A stretch of DNA of 20,000 bases from the IMG/VR virus record IMGVR_UViG_3300025869_000012; one strand, given 5' to 3'. Position 1 is the first letter of the stretch; each line of letters opens with the position of its first letter. The position numbers and the translations under genes are program-made. This document shows, piece by piece, positions 15,553 to 20,000 of the stretch. The stretch is from an uncultured virus (IMG/VR IMGVR_UViG_3300025869_000012) (taxonomy: Duplodnaviria; Heunggongvirae; Uroviricota; Caudoviricetes). The notes beneath the pieces are model-generated. The model ran no database searches, had not been told where the DNA came from, and was given only the letters and a program-made list of their open reading frames with translations.

Positions 15553-16110
15553 TTATTTCTTTTTATTAGGATTACCTTTGCCACCGTCTTTTTTACTAGC
15601 ATGTACAGCTTTTCTTTGTGCGGCTGAAACATAGTTATTAGGCTTATTAGAATAAGCGTCTCTAACACTATTCATTTTATTCTTAGCTTTAGATATCTTA
15701 AGTTGTTGCTTCATTACTGATCTTGCTGCAACGGAGGTTTTTTTATTTTTTGCCTTTTGCTCTTTTTTACCTAGTCTTTCTATTTTAGACTCAGCGCTAA
15801 ACGGATTCTTTACTTTCATAGGCTTGTTCATCATAGCGGGGTTACCGCCTCTAAATAAATCTGTTATAGATTTTCCGATGCCTACTAAACCTGCTAAAGG
15901 GCCTATTGCATTAGCTACATTACCAAATGTAGACATAGAGCCATCGTCTTTACTAAAGATACCTTTTAAAAACTTAGGTTTAAGTGCTCCTTGCTCACCC
16001 GTACCCATTTGTGGTTTACCTTTATTTATTACTTTGTATTTGTTTATTTCCCACTGATCTAACTTACCGTTTTTGTTAATATCCTTAGGTGTGTATTTCT
16101 TTGCTGCCAT
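15553..16110 (-). CDS. Basic, low-complexity hypothetical protein
   Basis: 185-aa Lys-rich ORF with an EF-hand-like loop DINKNGKLDQWE near the N-terminus and a C-terminal YVSAAQRKAVHASKKDGGKGNP. Confidence 0.7.
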   Translation of the reverse strand: MAAKKYTPKDINKNGKLDQWEINKYKVINKGKPQMGTGEQGALKPKFLKGIFSKDDGSMSTFGNVANAIGPLAGLVGIGKSITDLFRGGNPAMMNKPMKVKNPFSAESKIERLGKKEQKAKNKKTSVAARSVMKQQLKISKAKNKMNSVRDAYSNKPNNYVSAAQRKAVHASKKDGGKGNPNKKK

Positions 16111-16112
16111 TG

Positions 16113-16523
16113 TTATTTTAATTTATACTTTGAAAATTGTTGTTTTTTTATCGCATAGTTACTGCCTCCAATACCTACTGGTCTTACGTTTTCGTTACCC
16201 CCTGGTTGAAACTTCTCTCTGTTAACTATTTGTTTGTTAAATGCATTTTTAATGCCTAATGTACTTACTATAGTATCACCTTTTTGAACATTAGCATTGT
16301 ACATATCTGCTGCATCAAAATCAGGATATTGCTTTATAAGATCTTTATTTGCTTTTTTATACGATCTAAAATCCATTTGTACTGCTGCGCCTTCTTTTAA
16401 ATTGTCGATGCCTTCTGATATTCTATTACCTATATTTTTAGTTATGCCTTTTAAGCCTAATCCTCGCTTATTTTGCTGAGGTAAATTTACATAGTTAAGT
16501 GGTGCGTTTCTCATATTAATCAT
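16113..16523 (-). CDS. Hypothetical protein, first gene of the minus-strand operon
   Basis: 136-aa ORF. The start could instead be the ATG at 16514. Confidence 0.65.
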   Translation of the reverse strand: MINMRNAPLNYVNLPQQNKRGLGLKGITKNIGNRISEGIDNLKEGAAVQMDFRSYKKANKDLIKQYPDFDAADMYNANVQKGDTIVSTLGIKNAFNKQIVNREKFQPGGNENVRPVGIGGSNYAIKKQQFSKYKLK

Positions 16524-16550
16524 AATTACAGGTTTCTATTAGTATTTAAG

Positions 16551-16695
16551 TAGTGTGACAATAGGCCCTTATTATTAGACTATATAGGGCTAATGTCACT
16601 ATAAAAAAATTGTGAGATAATTAGAAGTAGAGTGTTGTACTATGACATTATGTCATACATATAAAAATAAAAATGACAATATGACAATGGGCCCC
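16551..16695. repeat. TGACA-containing inverted and direct repeat cluster at the strand switch
   Basis: Imperfect inverted repeat gtgacaataggccct...agggctaatgtcac (16555-16599), palindrome tatgacat-t-atgtcata (16641-16657) and direct repeat atgacaat x2 (16673-16688). Confidence 0.75.
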
Positions 16696-16730
16696 ACCAA
16701 TATTCTAGAAATACAACATTATTATTTTCA

Positions 16731-16761
16731 ACAATCTATATACGATGCCATATAGATAATA
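16731..16761 (+). promoter_or_regulatory. Repeated promoter-like motif, copy 1
   Basis: ACAATCTATATACGA-TGCCATA-TAGATAATA, upstream of the ORF at 16792. Confidence 0.7.
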
Positions 16762-16791
16762 CTACTATACAAACAAAAACAAATATATCTT

Positions 16792-16923
16792 ATGACTAAA
16801 TTAAAATTCACTTCACTTGACTACAATAAATTCATACAAACTATTGATTCACTAGATTCCAATAATAATGATTACACAATTGAAACTGATTATTTAGATT
16901 CTTATTATATAATAATAAAATAA
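16792..16923 (+). CDS. Small hypothetical protein (43 aa)
   Basis: Manual translation MTKLKFTSLDYNKFIQTIDSLDSNNNDYTIETDYLDSYYIIIK*, following motif copy 1 and an A-rich leader. Confidence 0.55.
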   Translation: MTKLKFTSLDYNKFIQTIDSLDSNNNDYTIETDYLDSYYIIIK

Positions 16924-16992
16924 ATAGAAAAAGAGAGATAGTGCGGTATACTTTACTAACTAAAAATATACAATAAACAATTACACTACTTT

Positions 16993-17023
16993 ACAATGTA
17001 AATACTATAACTATAAGATAACA
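16993..17023 (+). promoter_or_regulatory. Repeated promoter-like motif, copy 2 (degenerate)
   Basis: ACAATGTAAATACTA-TAACTAT-AAGATAACA, upstream of the ORF at 17059. Confidence 0.6.
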
Positions 17024-17058
17024 TTACTATACAACTTAAACATAAAACAAATACAACT

Positions 17059-17286
17059 ATGAATACAATCACTTCTAAAAGATTTGTAGTAAGAAAAAGT
17101 CTTCTTAATACAAACACAAACATAACTTTCACTAATAAAAAAGGAAAAGAAATTACTTACTCACACGATAAAGTATTTAATATAATGAAAGATACTCTCA
17201 CTAACTTACCATGTTGGTTAAAGTATAAGAGTTACACTGCTACTAATAATATTCCATTAGTACTTAGAGATAAAGAGTTAGTTTAA
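17059..17286 (+). CDS. Hypothetical early protein
   Basis: 75-aa ORF after an A-rich leader (aaaacaaatacaactATG). Confidence 0.75.
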   Translation: MNTITSKRFVVRKSLLNTNTNITFTNKKGKEITYSHDKVFNIMKDTLTNLPCWLKYKSYTATNNIPLVLRDKELV

Positions 17287-17301
17287 TAGCTCTTTACCTC
17301 A

Positions 17302-17348
17302 TCTAGTCTTGGAGCAGAGGTGGGTTTCGACTACTCACACTAGAACTA
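17302..17348 (+). ncRNA. Minimal tRNA-like element (acceptor-like stem plus T-arm, no anticodon arm)
   Basis: tctagt (17302-17307) pairs with actaga (17339-17344). gtgggt-TTCGACT-actcac forms a T-arm with a canonical 7-nt T-loop. Confidence 0.5.
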
Positions 17349-17362
17349 AATTACAACTTACT

Positions 17363-17461
17363 ATGAAGAATAATAAACTAATTACAGAGACACTAATGTC
17401 TATAACTTTCTTAACACTTTTAACATTACTACTATGGATAACACTAATAATAATAGGATAA
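17363..17461 (+). CDS. Small single-TM membrane peptide (32 aa)
   Basis: Manual translation MKNNKLITETLMSITFLTLLTLLLWITLIIIG*. Confidence 0.5.
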   Translation: MKNNKLITETLMSITFLTLLTLLLWITLIIIG

Positions 17462-17544
17462 CTATACTAACCTCAGAAGAAATACAAATGGTTTTAGATA
17501 ACTGGTATGACAGGTTAGATTCAAGTGATGAGTTTACAATGTAA
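17434..17544 (+). CDS. Small acidic hypothetical peptide (36 aa)
   Basis: Manual translation MDNTNNNRITILTSEEIQMVLDNWYDRLDSSDEFTM*, overlapping the previous ORF. Confidence 0.4.
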   Translation: MDNTNNNRITILTSEEIQMVLDNWYDRLDSSDEFTM

Positions 17545-17566
17545 ACACGATCATTAATAGATAATA
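17536..17566 (+). promoter_or_regulatory. Repeated promoter-like motif, copy 3
   Basis: ACAATGTAAACACGA-TCATTAA-TAGATAATA, upstream of the ATG at 17580. Confidence 0.7.
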
Positions 17567-17579
17567 TATATAAACAACT

Positions 17580-17732
17580 ATGAATACAATTAAATTTCTA
17601 CCAAACAATAAAATACTACTTAATAATAAAACATTATTAAACAAAATAAATAACACTAACCAGTATGCCTCTTGGTATACTATTAAAAACAAAAACTATG
17701 GCGATACAATACAACGCTTACCAATCAATTAA
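17580..17732 (+). CDS. Small hypothetical protein (50 aa)
   Basis: Manual translation MNTIKFLPNNKILLNNKTLLNKINNTNQYASWYTIKNKNYGDTIQRLPIN*. The start context acaactATGAATACAAT is the same as for the ORF at 17059. Confidence 0.5.
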   Translation: MNTIKFLPNNKILLNNKTLLNKINNTNQYASWYTIKNKNYGDTIQRLPIN

Positions 17733-17868
17733 ATGTGGTAAAAACACAACAGAAAAAGATTTATACGAACTATTTGGCGACGCTATAACCGTCCATGATG
17801 GTAAAGGTAATGAAATAAAAGACTATTTTAAACATAAATACAACAAAAGAAATGGCTGGAATAACTAA
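17698..17868 (+). CDS. Small hypothetical protein
   Basis: ORF-track frame 17665..17868. The ATG at 17698 (aaaacaaaaactATG, MAIQYNAY) has the better context. Confidence 0.6.
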   Translation: MAIQYNAYQSIKCGKNTTEKDLYELFGDAITVHDGKGNEIKDYFKHKYNKRNGWNN

Positions 17869-18283
17869 ATACCAACAAGAAAAGCAAGCATTAGAAGATG
17901 CTTTCGCAAGAAAAATGTTACTTGACTATGATATACGTGAAGTAACTACGCAAAGACAAGCTAAAAATGGCACTAGAGAGTTTAAATTCCCTGTTAGTTG
18001 CTTCAGTAAGCAAATGATTAAGTGGCATAGTGAGCATTCACTACCAAAAACTAGACTTAGAATGGCTATATTTAAAAATGGTTATGTAAGAAAACAAAAT
18101 GGTGCGTACTGTCCTTACCCAATTAACAAAAGGTATAGACAAAATGTGCAACATACTTTACTAACTATTAACGGAGAGTTGAAAACTAGAAGATATAATA
18201 CTCTTGCCTATGAAATAATACATGAAAGTATTGCTATGATGAACTATATGTTAAACTATTATTTAAAGAACTATGCTAAGTAA
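17852..18283 (+). CDS. Hypothetical protein
   Basis: 143-aa ORF overlapping both neighbours. Confidence 0.75.
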   Translation: MAGITKYQQEKQALEDAFARKMLLDYDIREVTTQRQAKNGTREFKFPVSCFSKQMIKWHSEHSLPKTRLRMAIFKNGYVRKQNGAYCPYPINKRYRQNVQHTLLTINGELKTRRYNTLAYEIIHESIAMMNYMLNYYLKNYAK

Positions 18284-18476
18284 ACTAAGTATTGAAGAAT
18301 TTGAGAAATTAGCAGATCAAACTGCTGAAGAATCTATAAAAGATATATATAGAGCGTGCGATTGGGCACTAGATGGATACGAAATCAAGAAAGATTTCAA
18401 TGAAATTCATGGCACACTGATGAAAGCTGTCACTAAAAGAATAGCGATTCAAATGGGTGTAACAAAAGAAAAATAA
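18273..18476 (+). CDS. Hypothetical helical protein
   Basis: 67-aa ORF in operon context. Confidence 0.7.
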   Translation: MLSKLSIEEFEKLADQTAEESIKDIYRACDWALDGYEIKKDFNEIHGTLMKAVTKRIAIQMGVTKEK

Positions 18477-18478
18477 AT

Positions 18479-18509
18479 ACAATATAAATACGATTTACTA
18501 TGGATAATA
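18479..18509 (+). promoter_or_regulatory. Repeated promoter-like motif, copy 4
   Basis: ACAATATAAATACGA-TTTACTA-TGGATAATA. The ATG at 18515 follows GATAAT after 6 nt. Confidence 0.75.
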
Positions 18510-18514
18510 ATAAT

Positions 18515-18730
18515 ATGAAATGTAAATGTAAAAGAAATATACCTCAAGCGCGTGTTGACTTAGGTTATAAGACGTGTGTAACTTGTTCAACAGTTGAACC
18601 TTATGGTTGTGTAAGTATAACCTACCACAAAACCGGCAATACCATTCAGATTATGCCGAAGGAACAAGCGAAACGCATTCGTAAGTTAACAGAACGCCGA
18701 GGTTATGGCACAATGTTGAAAAACATATAA
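18515..18730 (+). CDS. DksA/TraR-like C4 zinc-finger protein
   Basis: MKCKCKRNIPQARVDLGYKTCVTCS resembles the zf-dskA_traR pattern C..C...IP..R.......C..C. The start is more likely 18515 than 18500. Confidence 0.65.
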   Translation: MKCKCKRNIPQARVDLGYKTCVTCSTVEPYGCVSITYHKTGNTIQIMPKEQAKRIRKLTERRGYGTMLKNI

Positions 18731-19010
18731 ATACTCGCATTGTTGCACCTTCGGGTAACTAAAGCGGATGTAAGACGAGTATGACTAACATGGAGGTATT
18801 TGGTACAATGTATACAAAGACCATACAATTAGTCAAGATCAGGTATGGACTTGCGACGTAATTAAGTTTACGCATCAAGTAATACAGGAAACACAGTAGA
18901 TCTTGTGTTGAAAACAATGGAGGTTCGATTCCTCCACTGATCTCTTAAACAGTAGGTACCAAGCCTGGACAAGAAGGGTGCAGCGTTACCGAGTCGCAAT
19001 GCCTACTGTT
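18731..19010 (+). ncRNA. Structured non-coding region with four consecutive stem-enclosed domains, one tRNA-like
   Basis: Closing stems atactcg/cgagtat, gactaa/ttagtc, agatcag/ctgatct and aacagtagg/cctactgtt. Includes a cUUCGg tetraloop and a T-arm tggagg-TTCGATT-cctcca. GC content is higher than the flanks. Confidence 0.6.
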
Positions 19011-19018
19011 ACCTTATT

Positions 19019-19049
19019 ACAAATTAAATACGAATAACTATAGATAATA
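19019..19049 (+). promoter_or_regulatory. Repeated promoter-like motif, copy 5
   Basis: ACAAATTAAATACGA-ATAACTA-TAGATAATA. The ATG at 19055 follows GATAAT after 6 nt. Confidence 0.75.
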
Positions 19050-19054
19050 ATAAT

Positions 19055-19276
19055 ATGTTATACAATAAATTAAAACCAGAAATTAAACGAAGATTACATA
19101 GAAATAGTAATCAGTATGCGATTAGTATACAACATATAATGAAGTCTCTTAAAACTAAGAGGTATTATAACGAGCTCACAATTGGTGAGATAAAACAAAT
19201 CAGAGCATTTGGTGATGTAAGCAACACTGATATACTCTGGGGTGATACAATGTTTAACGATTTAAATAAATTATAA
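19055..19276 (+). CDS. Hypothetical protein
   Basis: 73-aa ORF directly after motif copy 5, with TAATG coupling to the next gene. Confidence 0.75.
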   Translation: MLYNKLKPEIKRRLHRNSNQYAISIQHIMKSLKTKRYYNELTIGEIKQIRAFGDVSNTDILWGDTMFNDLNKL

Positions 19277-19605
19277 TGGAAAATAATGAAAAACTAAAAA
19301 AGTATCTTGACCACTACGATGCTCAAATATATACGAGTTATACTGATGAAGGCAATTGTAGCTTCCACGTTTACAGAGAAGATACCGCCGACGGTTATGA
19401 GGTGTTTATAGCTAAATATAAAAGCGACACATCAATCGATATACAAAATGACTTACACTACTACGCTCACACTTTAGATGACGTTATTGTAGCAGCTGTA
19501 AATGATGGTGAAACAGTATATGTAGATGATGACTTGTGGAATGATCATTACTTAGAAGATCATTTTGCAGATCTATACGATAGAGAATTTGGAGATGATG
19601 ATTAG
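19276..19605 (+). CDS. Highly acidic hypothetical protein
   Basis: 109-aa Asp/Glu/Tyr-rich ORF. Confidence 0.75.
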   Translation: MENNEKLKKYLDHYDAQIYTSYTDEGNCSFHVYREDTADGYEVFIAKYKSDTSIDIQNDLHYYAHTLDDVIVAAVNDGETVYVDDDLWNDHYLEDHFADLYDREFGDDD

Positions 19606-19714
19606 AAAAAACGTAACAAGCATAAGCGAAGTCCACAAACTACGTAAGTCCGTAGAAAGAATAGAAAAATTATTAAATAAAATAATAAAGAATGACACAA
19701 GCAGAATTCAATAA
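19595..19714 (+). CDS. Small basic hypothetical peptide (39 aa)
   Basis: Manual translation MMIRKNVTSISEVHKLRKSVERIEKLLNKIIKNDTSRIQ*, bridging two genes with overlaps. Confidence 0.45.
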   Translation: MMIRKNVTSISEVHKLRKSVERIEKLLNKIIKNDTSRIQ

Positions 19715-20000
19715 ACTAAATAAAGCTATTGATTTAATGGCTAAAAATATAATGGGTGATAAAGGCCCTGAGTATACACTAATGAATGATGATGTATTAA
19801 ATAACTTTAAAAGTACAGCAGACAGACTGAACACCAGCGCGTTAAAAGTATGGGCTACATACTTTGACAAGCAAGTAAATAGTGTATTTGCGCATGTTAA
19901 TCATGCTAATGTAAAGAAAGCAGAGTCTATTGACAGTAGATTCGCTGATATTATTAACTATGCAAAGCTTGGCTTAGCATTATTTAAAGAAGAAAGATAA
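19692..20000 (+). CDS. All-alpha NTP-pyrophosphatase-like protein (DUF1599 / nucleotide-modification-associated domain 1-like)
   Basis: KGPEY...DVLNNF...K...ESIDSRFADIINYAKL matches the K-x-x-(D/E)Y and E-x-x-x-x-x-x-x-D-x-x-NY pattern of this phage family. Confidence 0.6.
   Translation: MTQAEFNKLNKAIDLMAKNIMGDKGPEYTLMNDDVLNNFKSTADRLNTSALKVWATYFDKQVNSVFAHVNHANVKKAESIDSRFADIINYAKLGLALFKEER

Noticed and set aside
498..16479. Short plus-strand ORFs opposite recognised genes (e.g. 498-740, 853-1140, 6960-7313, 13912-14295, 14683-15060, 15824-16057)
   Set aside because: They lie antisense to well-supported minus-strand genes and show no recognisable motifs.
17267..17300. Intrinsic terminator after the 17059-17286 ORF
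   Set aside because: A hairpin is present, but there is no following U-tract on either strand.
18781..18861. 26-codon ORF MTNMEVFGTMYTKTIQLVKIRYGLAT
   Set aside because: Short, lacks the A-rich leader seen for other small genes, and overlaps predicted RNA stems.
18836..18947. Canonical tRNA gene
   Set aside because: The T-arm is convincing, but there is no standard D arm or 7-nt anticodon loop at the right spacing and no CCA. Reported as tRNA-like instead.
18944..18985. Twister-ribozyme-like segment (ggtaccaagcc...agaaggg)
   Set aside because: It superficially resembles the twister P4 loop and 3' end, but I could not build the P1, P2 and second pseudoknot pairings, and the segment fits an alternative long stem. 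An Infernal search would settle it.
19673..19870. Minus-strand 65-aa ORF
   Set aside because: Antisense to the better-supported plus-strand DUF1599-like gene.

Overview
AT-rich double-stranded DNA phage fragment, most likely from a marine Bacteroidota (flavobacterial) podovirus-like phage. This is an inference from the terminase type, phage GroEL/GroES, a 3TM holin and AT-rich start regions without Shine-Dalgarno sites. Positions 1-16523 are a minus-strand late/structural operon: small basic proteins, GroEL, GroES, an HExxH peptidase, a holin, a tail-fibre-like protein, an unusual four-gene cassette, a tandem double-GroES protein, and probable terminase small and large subunits. The cassette consists of two giant Thr-rich repeat proteins of near-equal repeat length whose motif blocks run in mirror order. 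They flank an Rmt2/GAMT-like methyltransferase fused to an apparently inactive Hint domain and are followed by a capsule-synthesis-type glycosyltransferase. After a strand switch with clustered TGACA inverted repeats (~16550-16695), the plus strand holds many small early-type genes, five copies of a fixed-spacing 31-bp promoter-like motif, and two tRNA-like elements without a canonical anticodon arm, one inside a ~280-nt structured non-coding region. All family calls come from motif recognition by eye; no database searches were run.
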